Part shown: piece after piece, positions 9,199 through 18,556 of the stretch
How positions within the stretch are numbered: position 1 is the first letter of the stretch
Layout: each line of letters starts with the position of its first letter
IMG/VR virus record: IMGVR_UViG_3300030389_003255
Location: 1 to 64,000 of that record
Direction: 5' to 3' (one strand)
Source of the DNA: a virus
DNA: 64,000 nucleotides
The notes under the pieces: generated by a model
Told to the model about the DNA's origin: nothing
Databases searched by the model: none
The model's input: only the letters and a program-made list of their open reading frames with translations
Translations under genes and position numbers: made by a program

Positions 9199-10440
9199 AT
9201 GAATACTGAAATAAGTGAAGAAATGAAAAACGAAATAATGAAAAGTTTGCCATACATTGGCATGAACGAAGAAGAGGCAACAGCCAAATTCCTAGAAATT
9301 TGTGCTGAAAATGGTATTGAGCCAACCAACCCTATTGCTAAGGGTCTTTGGCGAAACTATGTTGCCAACAAAAGAAGGATGGATAACTCCAATACTTCAA
9401 ATAGCGGAAACAATGATTTGTTTAAAACCGCTACAGGCTTCTTTGTTCTTCTAGAAGAACCTAGAGATATGATGGCGTGGAACAGGGCGCAGGCAAAAGA
9501 GCAGTTTATGAGAGATTCAGATAGTGCTTTAGAAAAGGGCTTTGTCGCAGTTGCAGAACAAAAAGAAAATGGGTATCTAGTTTCTAGATATCACGATGGC
9601 GAATACAGAGAGGCAACTTTGTCTAAATTACCTGAAGGTGCAGAAGAGAGTGATGATGGTCAAATCTTTATCCCTCTAGATAATACACCAGTCTACATGA
9701 ATGGCGGCAAGAATGCTAACTACGGCAAGCCATTACCCAAAGAACTAATGAGAAGAATAGGTATTTTCTATGGAACAGTTACAGGTCAGTTTGAAGATAT
9801 GAAACCATACTTCTTTTCCTACAAGAACAAAGGTGTAGACTTCAAACCAAAGACCTTTGATTGGGTTCAGTTTGTTTGTGTAGCAGGTTCTAATGGAACT
9901 GATATCTATGGAGCAACAGATACAACACTAAAGACATTAAGAAGATGTGAGGATGTTAATCCGGATGATGATAAATATGTTAATGTCAGCATGCTTGATA
10001 TGCAAGCACTTGTTCAAAACAATTTTGATGATAACAAATGCGACCTAGTAGACCTTGATAGAGTTCATATCCTAAACCAAAATCTACCAACAAGAGAAAG
10101 ATTTGTTATTACTCAAGGCTCTGTTGTTAGTCTAAACATGACACCAACATCTAATGGTAACAGAATACTAAACATAACAGATTTAACAGTAGAAATGGAT
10201 TCATCTTCCTTTGAAGATGGCAGTCTATCTACTACTTGTTGGATTCCTGAAGCAATTGACATTGACTTTGGCATAGGTTCAGAGATTTTAGTTGCAGGAA
10301 GAACAAGTCAAAGAGTCATTGACGGTGAAGCAGACCCAGTTACAATTAATGTATCGGGAATGTATTGTCTATCTAAAGTAGGTTTAGCACCGGAAATCAG
10401 TGAAAGACTAAGTGAGGAAAACTACGACGAGTGGCTTTGA
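9199..10440 (+). CDS. putative RPA-like/OB-fold ssDNA-binding protein
   Basis: Replication-cluster position, beta-rich C-terminal domain (ITQGSVVS...ILNITD...FGIGSEILVAGRT) and acidic-aromatic tail EENYDEWL. Confidence 0.55.
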   Translation: MNTEISEEMKNEIMKSLPYIGMNEEEATAKFLEICAENGIEPTNPIAKGLWRNYVANKRRMDNSNTSNSGNNDLFKTATGFFVLLEEPRDMMAWNRAQAKEQFMRDSDSALEKGFVAVAEQKENGYLVSRYHDGEYREATLSKLPEGAEESDDGQIFIPLDNTPVYMNGGKNANYGKPLPKELMRRIGIFYGTVTGQFEDMKPYFFSYKNKGVDFKPKTFDWVQFVCVAGSNGTDIYGATDTTLKTLRRCEDVNPDDDKYVNVSMLDMQALVQNNFDDNKCDLVDLDRVHILNQNLPTRERFVITQGSVVSLNMTPTSNGNRILNITDLTVEMDSSSFEDGSLSTTCWIPEAIDIDFGIGSEILVAGRTSQRVIDGEADPVTINVSGMYCLSKVGLAPEISERLSEENYDEWL

Positions 10441-10549
10441 TTACTTTCCAAGGGAATTAATTCCCCTCTTCAACAAGTGTAAGTGTGAACTTGTGGAAAA
10501 AGATTGATGCTCGAATGGGTGCGAAGCCTATTTTTAAGGAGAAATTAAA

Positions 10550-10813
10550 ATGAGTTTAATACAAGATAAATTACTAATAAAACCAAATAGTTATGTCATT
10601 TCTTTGGAGGATGTTACTTTTATTTCCTACAAGGAAAACGAATCAAAACATGAAGAATATTGGCTAAAATTATATTTTGGAGATATGGAATCTAGTAGAT
10701 TCGTTAGATATGTAGCAAGAACAAAAGACGAATTAAAAGAAATAGTGTATCAATGGGCGGGTCTAAAGGATATTGATATGACAGAGGATGACTTAGACAC
10801 ATTACAGAGGTGA
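10550..10813 (+). CDS. hypothetical protein
   Basis: 87 aa, AAGGAG RBS. Confidence 0.6.
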   Translation: MSLIQDKLLIKPNSYVISLEDVTFISYKENESKHEEYWLKLYFGDMESSRFVRYVARTKDELKEIVYQWAGLKDIDMTEDDLDTLQR

Positions 10814-11634
10814 TAAAAATGATGAATATAAAAACAAATACAGAACAAGCGAAGCAAATGACCAATAACGCTAGAGTTATTGCATTTGCGGATAAACTAA
10901 AAGAACAAACAAGCAAGAGGTTGTCTAGAAATAACAGACTACTTTGTGGCATTTGGGGAGAACCTAAAACCGTTAAGAGTGGTCTAGCATTAGATTTTCC
11001 TAATAAGCAGGTTTATGTTTTGGATTGGGATAATGGTTGCGAACCAACATGGAGACAAAACCACCAAATGACTGAAAGAATTACTTTGTGGAATCCCGAA
11101 GTAAGAAACCAAAATGGAGAACTAGATATACAGAAGTCTGAAGCCAATTCAGAGGACTTTGTATTGTTTGTTAAATCTAAGATAGAAGCAGGGGAGGATG
11201 TCTTGTTTGTTTTTGATGGAGTAGATAAATGGCTAGACTGTTGCACACTTCATGTAACAGGTTCTTCTAAAATCGGCAAGCCACAAAAGATGAAGTTTGA
11301 GTGGGGCAAAAGAAATGCACCATTTTATTCTTTATTGAAGATGTGCTTAAATCTAAATTGTGACCAAATCTACATTACTCATGCCAAAGCAGACTATGGG
11401 GCAACAGGTGAAGTTATTGGTTCTAAACCTAATTGGCACAATCTAGGAGACATGCTACACCAAATCATCTACACTAGAAGAACAAAAAGAAAGAATGATG
11501 TAGTCTACAAAGCAGAACTACAAAGCAGTAAGTCTAATACCAAACTAGTTGGAAAGGTTTGGGAGTCTCTAGAAATCTCTAATGGAGAAGTAAAGTGGAA
11601 CGGCCTTAAAGAACTAAAAGAGGGAAATATATGA
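10810..11634 (+). CDS. AAA_24/Sak4-like RecA-fold ATPase (putative recombinase)
   Basis: Variant Walker A GEPKTVKS, VLDWDNG, Walker B FVFDGVD and YITH. Confidence 0.65.
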   Translation: MIKMMNIKTNTEQAKQMTNNARVIAFADKLKEQTSKRLSRNNRLLCGIWGEPKTVKSGLALDFPNKQVYVLDWDNGCEPTWRQNHQMTERITLWNPEVRNQNGELDIQKSEANSEDFVLFVKSKIEAGEDVLFVFDGVDKWLDCCTLHVTGSSKIGKPQKMKFEWGKRNAPFYSLLKMCLNLNCDQIYITHAKADYGATGEVIGSKPNWHNLGDMLHQIIYTRRTKRKNDVVYKAELQSSKSNTKLVGKVWESLEISNGEVKWNGLKELKEGNI

Positions 11635-12437
11635 AATTTGAAATACAAACGCAGGAATTAAAGAATGCACTAGAAAGAATGGAAATGAAAGGTAAATATG
11701 TTACCGTTGGCGGTTTCTCATCTTCTACTTTGGGCGAGAGCGTTTTAGGTTTTCTAAATGAACATGAACTTCATTTTATGAATGGTGATGCAACCACTAT
11801 GGCTCTTTTATCCGTAGACATAGATAACCTAGAGGACGAAAGCGTTACACCATTTTGTTTTCAGTTTAAGGAATTAATGCCGTTTTTAAAGACCTTTAGT
11901 GGTAATCTAGTCTTAAAGATAGATGAAGGAAGAATGGAGATAGCAACCGAAGATGAAACTAATGTAGTAAAAATACCCTTAATACAAACTCCAGATAATT
12001 TACAAACAGTGTATAATATGAGAGCCATGCTAACTCAATTTACTAACTATAATAGAATAGTAGAATTTATTGATGGAGACGAACTACCAATGTTTAACAA
12101 AACAAAGTTAGAGTGCGCTTCTATATTTAATAATACAGAATTAACAAAGGCTCTAAAAACTTGTGAATTAATAGGCACGGGTATTTTTGAAATGGCTATA
12201 AATCATGAAAACGGAATGTTCGATATTCGTTCTACCTTACCAAATAAAGAATACATACACACTATGCAAGATGAGGAAGTAATAGTAGGTGAAGCATCAG
12301 TCAGTTTTACTTCTCCTGTATATTCTTTCTTTGAGAAAGACTCTGATTTAATTCTTCTAACAAAAGATGATTCACCAATAATATTAATTGCAGAAGATAG
12401 AGTTCTTCTTCGTGCGCCTAGAGTAAGAGGAGATTAA
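11631..12437 (+). CDS. pcn: PCNA-like DNA sliding clamp
   Basis: 268 aa with two repeated alpha/beta halves, N-terminal MKFEI..ELKNAL and C-terminal SPII...LLRAPRV; sits between the ATPase and PolB. Confidence 0.7.
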   Translation: MKFEIQTQELKNALERMEMKGKYVTVGGFSSSTLGESVLGFLNEHELHFMNGDATTMALLSVDIDNLEDESVTPFCFQFKELMPFLKTFSGNLVLKIDEGRMEIATEDETNVVKIPLIQTPDNLQTVYNMRAMLTQFTNYNRIVEFIDGDELPMFNKTKLECASIFNNTELTKALKTCELIGTGIFEMAINHENGMFDIRSTLPNKEYIHTMQDEEVIVGEASVSFTSPVYSFFEKDSDLILLTKDDSPIILIAEDRVLLRAPRVRGD

Positions 12438-12438
12438 A

Positions 12439-14100
12439 ATGATAATTAACGCCAGTAGAAATAAAAAACAAATATACAAATCATGGAGAGAAAATGGCGA
12501 AAAGAAGTTTGAAAGAGTAAACTTTAGACCTTACTTTTTCATTAAAGAAAATGAGCATAGACCTTCAAATTATCAAGTCACTAAATATGTTCAAGGTGAA
12601 TTTGAATATGAAGATGGAGAGTTTTACAACTTACAGAAAGAAAAATTAGTAAAAGTATATTACGAAAGCGGTGCAGATAGCAAGGCTAAAAACTGTTTCA
12701 GAGAAACCTTTGAGGCAGATGTTCCTTATCATTTTAGGTATGCAGTAGACTGTATAGATGAAATGCCTATTTATGAAATGCGTAAATGGTATTGGGATAT
12801 GGAATGGCAACAAGGCGGAGAACATGATGGTTGCATTACTACCATTGTGGTGTATGATAATTATGATAAGCAATACTATCAGTGGGCGTGGTTTCCAAAT
12901 GATACGCCATTAGATAGTGTTTTTGATACACCCGATTATCAACATACAGGAATTAGATATATTTTTAATTCTGAAAAAGATATGATTGATTCTTTTATAG
13001 AAACTATGATGTTAAAAGACCCCGATATGTTGATTGCATGGTTTGGTCTTAAGTTCGACTTACCTAAGTTACTAGATAGAGCCTGTGCATTAGATATAAA
13101 TCCATTATCAATGTCACCTATCAACCACATAAAGGGAATAAAACTAACTAAGAATAAATTTGTTTTTACCAAACAAGATGGCTACTCGCCAATAGAACAA
13201 CCAATAGCGGGCAGGATAACACTTAATCTAGATTTAGCATTTGAAAGACAATGGAATGACTCTCAAAGAGGAACATTACCCTCATTGAGTCTTGATTATG
13301 TTTCTAAGACTTTATTTGACGAAGGTAAAGAAATGAATACTAAGTTCGATGACCCTAATGAATTTTATCGTAGAGCATGGTTAGAAGATACGGAAGCATA
13401 CTTACATTATGCGTTAGTAGATGTAAAACTATTAGTTAAGATAGATGAAACTAACTTTTGTAGCGAAGCAATACTGTCACTACAAAGATTGCTGAAAGCA
13501 CCATTTGATGCTTGCTTTTACGCTTCTCACATGGGTTCTATTTACTTTATGAGAAATGCTTGGTGGAAAGCACCAACTGGCGATAGAAGTGTAGAAAGAA
13601 GAGAATATGATGGGGCTATGATTTATGACCCATTAAGTGAACAAACTCAAGGCTTACATCTTAATGTAGCCGCTTTTGATTTTGCAGGTCTATATCCTTC
13701 GATGATGGTTGCTAGAAATATATCTTGGGAAACTAAATCAAACGACCCTACTGCCTTTGCTGTAAATATATCTACTCCTAGAGATTTTAGCGAAGTAACT
13801 ACAACTAACATGATGTATTATTCTACAACTGAATTGGGTCTTTTACCTAAAGCAGTATTAGAATTAAAGGAGTTAAGAAACGACTACAAAAAGAGAATGA
13901 AGAACTCTGACAATAAATTAGAATATCAAAAGTGGTATAATAACCAAATGGCGGTCAAGAGATTAATGGCTTCCTTTTATGGTGTATTAGCATTTCAAGG
14001 GTTTGGTTGGGCTGATGTAGATTTAGCCGCTAGCATTACTGCTAGTGCTAGAGAGGCAATTAGATTAGCGGCGTTTAAAGCGAAGGAGTTGGAAGTATGA
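12439..14100 (+). CDS. polB: family B DNA polymerase, N-terminal part (3'-5' exonuclease, motifs A and B)
   Basis: FRPYFFI, FEADV, ExoI WDMEW, FDLP, ExoIII YALVD, motif A FDFAGLYPS and motif B KRLMASFYG; stops just before motif C. Confidence 0.95.
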   Translation: MIINASRNKKQIYKSWRENGEKKFERVNFRPYFFIKENEHRPSNYQVTKYVQGEFEYEDGEFYNLQKEKLVKVYYESGADSKAKNCFRETFEADVPYHFRYAVDCIDEMPIYEMRKWYWDMEWQQGGEHDGCITTIVVYDNYDKQYYQWAWFPNDTPLDSVFDTPDYQHTGIRYIFNSEKDMIDSFIETMMLKDPDMLIAWFGLKFDLPKLLDRACALDINPLSMSPINHIKGIKLTKNKFVFTKQDGYSPIEQPIAGRITLNLDLAFERQWNDSQRGTLPSLSLDYVSKTLFDEGKEMNTKFDDPNEFYRRAWLEDTEAYLHYALVDVKLLVKIDETNFCSEAILSLQRLLKAPFDACFYASHMGSIYFMRNAWWKAPTGDRSVERREYDGAMIYDPLSEQTQGLHLNVAAFDFAGLYPSMMVARNISWETKSNDPTAFAVNISTPRDFSEVTTTNMMYYSTTELGLLPKAVLELKELRNDYKKRMKNSDNKLEYQKWYNNQMAVKRLMASFYGVLAFQGFGWADVDLAASITASAREAIRLAAFKAKELEV

Positions 14101-14549
14101 GTATAACAACAGTATGTAGAGAATGTGGAGAAACTTTTAGAAAGTTCTCTATCAAATCAAGGGAAAGAATATGTCAAGATTGTAAAGGAAGTAAGGGAAG
14201 AAATAGATATAAAGTTATGACAAATAATACTTTGAATGCTATAGGAACTATAGAAACTTTAGATAAAAAGGTTGCAGACCTCGCTACTTCTATTGATGTA
14301 TTACATAGCACAATTGAAGTTGAAGTTCAGCATCAAATAACTAAGGGTCTTGAGCCAATTATAGAGAAACTAATAGAAGAAAAGAATAATCAACTAAAAG
14401 ATATTATTATTTCTTCTATGACCAAAGCACAGAAAGCCCAAGAAGAAGTTAAAGAATTAACTAAACTAATAAAGGGCTATAAGAGTTCTAACACCAGAAT
14501 GAAAAATAAAATAAAGAAGTTTGAGGAGATGCTAAACTATGAAGTGTAG
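14097..14549 (+). CDS. Zn-finger plus coiled-coil protein
   Basis: CRECG...CQDC followed by heptad-rich sequence. Confidence 0.6.
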   Translation: MSITTVCRECGETFRKFSIKSRERICQDCKGSKGRNRYKVMTNNTLNAIGTIETLDKKVADLATSIDVLHSTIEVEVQHQITKGLEPIIEKLIEEKNNQLKDIIISSMTKAQKAQEEVKELTKLIKGYKSSNTRMKNKIKKFEEMLNYEV

Positions 14550-14688
14550 AACACCTTTGAGATGCAGGCCGGAATTTGAAGGAAAAAATTATTGTAAAAG
14601 GTGTGCAGAAGAAACAAGGGCTGAGGCCGAAAAATTCTTAGATTTCATAGATAAAAGACAGTATCGTAAAGGAGATGAGGAAGAATGA
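14539..14688 (+). CDS. small Cys-containing protein (49 aa, not in ORF track)
   Basis: MKCRTPLRCRPEFEGKNYCKRCAEE...; GAGGAG RBS and ATGA overlap with the next gene. Confidence 0.5.
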   Translation: MKCRTPLRCRPEFEGKNYCKRCAEETRAEAEKFLDFIDKRQYRKGDEEE

Positions 14689-14894
14689 AATACAAAACTT
14701 ATGTTGGTGTTGAAATAGACCATGACAGTTTAGAAACACTAGAGATAACAATGCAAGAAGTCAAAGAAATTATGCAATACATGACTAACCTTAAGCGGAA
14801 GTTTAAGGTTTCTGTAGGCAGAACCGATGGAGAAGGAAGAACATTTTATACTAACATGAAGGAGTTGAATAGTAATGATGATGGACAAAACTAA
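14685..14894 (+). CDS. hypothetical protein
   Basis: 69 aa, coupled start. Confidence 0.5.
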   Translation: MKYKTYVGVEIDHDSLETLEITMQEVKEIMQYMTNLKRKFKVSVGRTDGEGRTFYTNMKELNSNDDGQN

Positions 14895-15006
14895 TGAACT
14901 CCTAGAAGATTTACTTGCTATGATAGCAAGAAGCAATAAGATATTGATGATGGTAAATATCGTGAACATCATAACCATCATAACTATAGTAACGGTGATA
15001 ATATGA
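14875..15006 (+). CDS. small tail-anchored membrane protein (43 aa, not in ORF track)
   Basis: MMMDKTNELLEDLLAMIARSNKILMMVNIVNIITIITIVTVII; AAGGAG RBS. Confidence 0.5.
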   Translation: MMMDKTNELLEDLLAMIARSNKILMMVNIVNIITIITIVTVII

Positions 15007-15212
15007 ATAAAGAAGAAATGAAAAAGAAAATTGAAAAACTAGAAATGGAGATTAAAGGATTGGAGAATGACTTAGATGACATGCAACAACAACTAGAAGA
15101 TGCTCTTAAGGTAAGAAAGGCAGTTGCAGAAATAGAAGAACACTTAGATAAACAACAAAAAGGTTTTGAAAGTCACTTTTTTCCTACGCTAAAATATTTC
15201 TTAAAGAAGTGA
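15003..15212 (+). CDS. small coiled-coil protein
   Basis: Heptad pattern; ATGA coupling. Confidence 0.55.
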   Translation: MNKEEMKKKIEKLEMEIKGLENDLDDMQQQLEDALKVRKAVAEIEEHLDKQQKGFESHFFPTLKYFLKK

Positions 15213-15216
15213 TAGC

Positions 15217-16101
15217 ATGAAAGTAGTTTATGGCCATACAGATTCTATTTATGTTCAAGTAGATTCTGTAGCAAAAGCGCAAATGATTTGTGCTGATATA
15301 CAAGATAGTGTAAGAGAACATTTTCCTAATGTTATGGGATTAGAGCAACACCCAGTTGTATTAGAGTTCGAGAAATACTATTCAGCATTAGGTGTCGGCA
15401 CAACTAAGAATAGAAACGCAGGAATGATTACATGGAAAGATGGCGAATGGCTAGATGAAGCAGAGTTCGTTATGACAGGCTTCACTGCTAAAAGAGTTAG
15501 TGAAACAAAGTTAGCCAAAGAAGTTCAAACAGATGTTTTGAAATGGTGGGTATCTCAAGAAACATTAGAGCAAATTAATTCTAAACTAAGTAGCACCTTT
15601 AATGATGTTCTTAGTGGTAATTACCCATTAGAGGATGTAATTAAAAGAAGTAGACTGAGAGAAGATAGGTTTACAGTTAAATGCCCTCAATGTAAAACCA
15701 AGTATGATTTAAGAAACATAAAAGAACTGAAATACTGTAAGAAGTGCAGTGTTAGTCCTTCTAAGTTTAGAACACTAGAGGGCAGAAACCCAAGTATCGG
15801 TTCAGGAATAGCGGGCGTAATTCATGCTTGTCAAAGCAATTCTAATACTTTTGATGATTCTTATCTTTATTTAAAAGTAATAAGTAAAGAAACATTTACT
15901 CATCCCTTAACTAAAGAGAACAAGCAAGTTCAGTATTTAGCAGGTTCTAATTATAAGGACTTTGAGGGTTCTTTGCCGGACTGGAAGCATTATGCAGAAC
16001 AAGTGATTAGAAAAGCAGAACCGATTTATCGAGCGATGGATTGGGACATATCTAACATAAGAACAGGAACAATACAAAAAACACTAGGAGACTGGTTTTA
16101 A
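15217..16101 (+). CDS. polB: family B DNA polymerase, C-terminal part (motif C, thumb)
   Basis: Begins MKVVYGHTDSIYV; LEFEK, KNRNAG, Zn-finger insertion CPQC...CKKC, DWKHY and C-terminal PIP box QKTLGDWF. Confidence 0.93.
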   Translation: MKVVYGHTDSIYVQVDSVAKAQMICADIQDSVREHFPNVMGLEQHPVVLEFEKYYSALGVGTTKNRNAGMITWKDGEWLDEAEFVMTGFTAKRVSETKLAKEVQTDVLKWWVSQETLEQINSKLSSTFNDVLSGNYPLEDVIKRSRLREDRFTVKCPQCKTKYDLRNIKELKYCKKCSVSPSKFRTLEGRNPSIGSGIAGVIHACQSNSNTFDDSYLYLKVISKETFTHPLTKENKQVQYLAGSNYKDFEGSLPDWKHYAEQVIRKAEPIYRAMDWDISNIRTGTIQKTLGDWF

Positions 16102-16994
16102 TGAATTATGAAAATGAAATTAAAAATATGAAAGAATACACATACCAATGGAAGCCCGAAAATTATGACAAACCAAACGAACCAATATTAAAGGTCAGTA
16201 AATCTTCATTGGGTTCTTTTGATTGGTGTCCTAAAAAATATGAATTTAATTACATACAAAGACTACCACAAGACACAACGGATGCGATGTTAAAAGGAAC
16301 AGTTCTACATAATCATAGAGAGGATTTCTTTAATGTCTTTGACATAAAGAAAGCCAACTCTATGAATGACTACGAAATACTTGAGTATTGCACTAGTCTT
16401 ATGCCAATAGATGATTACTATGACATATCCCTAACAGTGGCCGCCTTTGAAGCACAACGCTTCATTGATGCTAAGAAAGAAAATAAAGTGCATGAGTATC
16501 TACCTGCTGTAAATGAAGGTTTATTCGATGCTGAAATAACAGTAGAGGCGGACTGGAATGAAAAGTTTCCACTAAGCAGGGACTATGTAATACACATTCA
16601 AGGTATCATTGATAGAATATTTGTAGAAGATAATAAGATTATACTCTTTGAATACAAGACCGGTGGATGGAAAGACTACAAAGCAACTAGCATGCGTAAA
16701 GAAATGGCTTTCTATCAATTACTTTTAGAAAGTGCTAGTGATGCTGTATTAGAGAAATATGGTCTAAATAGAGATATGGAGATTTCCCATTGGGGTTGGT
16801 ATTACCCTGTATCTAATCATGTTCAAGTAGAGCCTATAAAAAAGCGAAGCATGACATCAGTAAAAAATAATCTTGCTAGGTTAATACATGCCTATGAGCA
16901 AGACCATTTCTCTACAAAATATTTCTACAAGACCTGCGCTCATTGTAGTTACTTTGGTATTTGTGAAGGTAATATGGAGAGTTGGATAGCATGA
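16101..16994 (+). CDS. Cas4-like PD-(D/E)XK exonuclease
   Basis: WCPKKY, GTVLH, GIIDRI...EYKTG and C-terminal CAHCSYFGIC (Fe-S cysteines). Confidence 0.85.
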   Translation: MNYENEIKNMKEYTYQWKPENYDKPNEPILKVSKSSLGSFDWCPKKYEFNYIQRLPQDTTDAMLKGTVLHNHREDFFNVFDIKKANSMNDYEILEYCTSLMPIDDYYDISLTVAAFEAQRFIDAKKENKVHEYLPAVNEGLFDAEITVEADWNEKFPLSRDYVIHIQGIIDRIFVEDNKIILFEYKTGGWKDYKATSMRKEMAFYQLLLESASDAVLEKYGLNRDMEISHWGWYYPVSNHVQVEPIKKRSMTSVKNNLARLIHAYEQDHFSTKYFYKTCAHCSYFGICEGNMESWIA

Positions 16995-17230
16995 AGTTGG
17001 AATTTAATAATGGTATTGTTGATGTTGAGTATGATGCTTCTCCTAGCGGAGATAAATTTGCTAGAATAAGATTATCACCAACGAAGAAAGGTTGCACCAT
17101 GAATCTATATGAAGAGATTAGTGATTGGGTTAAAACTCAAAAGATTGATGGCGAAGATTGTGAGCATACTGTATTACTTATGAAACATAAAGACCCCTAT
17201 ATGGTAGTATTCAAGAAGGTGACTGAATGA
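16991..17230 (+). CDS. hypothetical protein
   Basis: ATGA-coupled ORF. Confidence 0.55.
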   Translation: MKLEFNNGIVDVEYDASPSGDKFARIRLSPTKKGCTMNLYEEISDWVKTQKIDGEDCEHTVLLMKHKDPYMVVFKKVTE

Positions 17231-17601
17231 ATAATATGGATAAACTAATTCAAAACAAAGTGCTGTCTAGAGAGTGGACTTTCCAAGAGATTGCACAACT
17301 TCACTCTACTATTGACTCCCTATCAAATGAAATAGTAAGTGAAATATCTTTGAAAGAAAGATTTGAACTCATCAAAGAACTAAGAATAAAGGACGACCAT
17401 GTAGGTATTCCAATTGAACAAGTAATATCAGAATTAACTTTAATTAGCGTAAAGGTAGAAGTAGCGGAAAAAATAAGAATAATGCTTAATCAAGCAACAG
17501 TAAATTTTGGAGGTAATAAAAATGAAGTTTCCGAGAGAGATGTGGGCGGGCAGTCACATAAAAAACGCACCACAAATGAAAAGAATAATAGTAAAGAATA
17601 A
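17227..17601 (+). CDS. hypothetical protein
   Basis: 124 aa; overlaps the primase start. Confidence 0.55.
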   Translation: MNNMDKLIQNKVLSREWTFQEIAQLHSTIDSLSNEIVSEISLKERFELIKELRIKDDHVGIPIEQVISELTLISVKVEVAEKIRIMLNQATVNFGGNKNEVSERDVGGQSHKKRTTNEKNNSKE

Positions 17602-18556
17602 AAGACAATTTCAAAAGTTTGTTGCATCACACAATGGCAAAGCCAATGTATATACTACAGTGTATGACTTTGAAGAGTTTAGCGAAACTGCTAAGGTTGA
17701 TTCCTCTGTAGTGCTAAATAGAATATTCTTTGATTTTGATGCACACGAAGATGAACTGGCCGAAGCGTGGGAAGATACCAAATGTATGATTTCTTTTCTA
17801 AAAGATGCAAACTACAACTTATTTTTCTCTGGTAGAGGTTTTCATCTATTTGTGCATGGTGAGCCAACCGATACCATAAGAAATATTCAGTTCTATTTTA
17901 GAAAGGCTAAGAACTACTTAGAAAGTATAAGAGGTTACGATAACACTCTTGATGATAGAGTAGGGCAGACCACTAGACTTAGAAGAATGCCAAATACAGT
18001 TAATATGTCGGCAACTAATAGCAAAGGAGAAATGTTATTCTGCATTCCTTTATGCGAAGATGATTTAGACCTATCTATAGAAGAGATACTAAACCTTGCT
18101 ACCAAACCTAGAAGTCCTGCCAAAAAAATAAACGGAAGCAAAAAAATAATATTTCCTGTATCTCCTCCTTTGAGAGAAATTGAAGGTGAAGTAAATGTCC
18201 CTAAAACGATAGGCTCAATGCCTATATTGCCTTGTTTGTATAATGCAATAATGACAGAGAATCCATCCCATTTATCTAGAGCATATCTAGTATCTTGGTA
18301 TAGAGATTTAATATCCGGCTATCAAGATTTGAGAACGATGAAAGATAAGGAAGATACTCTGAATCTAATAGTAGATGAACTGGAAAGAGTCTTTGCTTCT
18401 TCTCAAGATGTATGGCTAGACTGGGATAAAATTACCACTAAAAATCATGCCAAGTTTACTGTTTATGGAAACTACAACACCCCCCACTGTGATAAGTTAA
18501 TTAACGAAGGATTGTGTATAGGAAAGTGTTGGAGGTATTCTAGTGCTAGTGATTGA
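17522..18556 (+). CDS. archaeo-eukaryotic primase, PriS catalytic domain fused to PriL-like Fe-S domain
   Basis: FFDFD (motif I), FSGRGFH (motif II) and RLRRMPNT; C-terminal PCL...SH..R..L...CDKLINEGLCIGKC. Confidence 0.85.
   Translation: MKFPREMWAGSHIKNAPQMKRIIVKNKRQFQKFVASHNGKANVYTTVYDFEEFSETAKVDSSVVLNRIFFDFDAHEDELAEAWEDTKCMISFLKDANYNLFFSGRGFHLFVHGEPTDTIRNIQFYFRKAKNYLESIRGYDNTLDDRVGQTTRLRRMPNTVNMSATNSKGEMLFCIPLCEDDLDLSIEEILNLATKPRSPAKKINGSKKIIFPVSPPLREIEGEVNVPKTIGSMPILPCLYNAIMTENPSHLSRAYLVSWYRDLISGYQDLRTMKDKEDTLNLIVDELERVFASSQDVWLDWDKITTKNHAKFTVYGNYNTPHCDKLINEGLCIGKCWRYSSASD

Noticed and set aside
10441-10549. tRNA or known ribozyme in the intergenic gap
   Set aside because: No cloverleaf or T-loop consensus and no hammerhead core found by eye; kept only as an unclassified structured element.
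14050-15260. Split intein or frameshifted pseudogene explaining the two PolB parts
   Set aside because: Neither end has intein motifs (no C/S-starting block A, no HN terminus). Both halves are intact and separated by coupled ORFs.
16101-16994. Cas4-like gene as part of a CRISPR-Cas system
   Set aside because: No cas1/cas2 and no repeat-spacer array in the window; stand-alone Cas4-like nucleases are common in archaeal virus replication modules.
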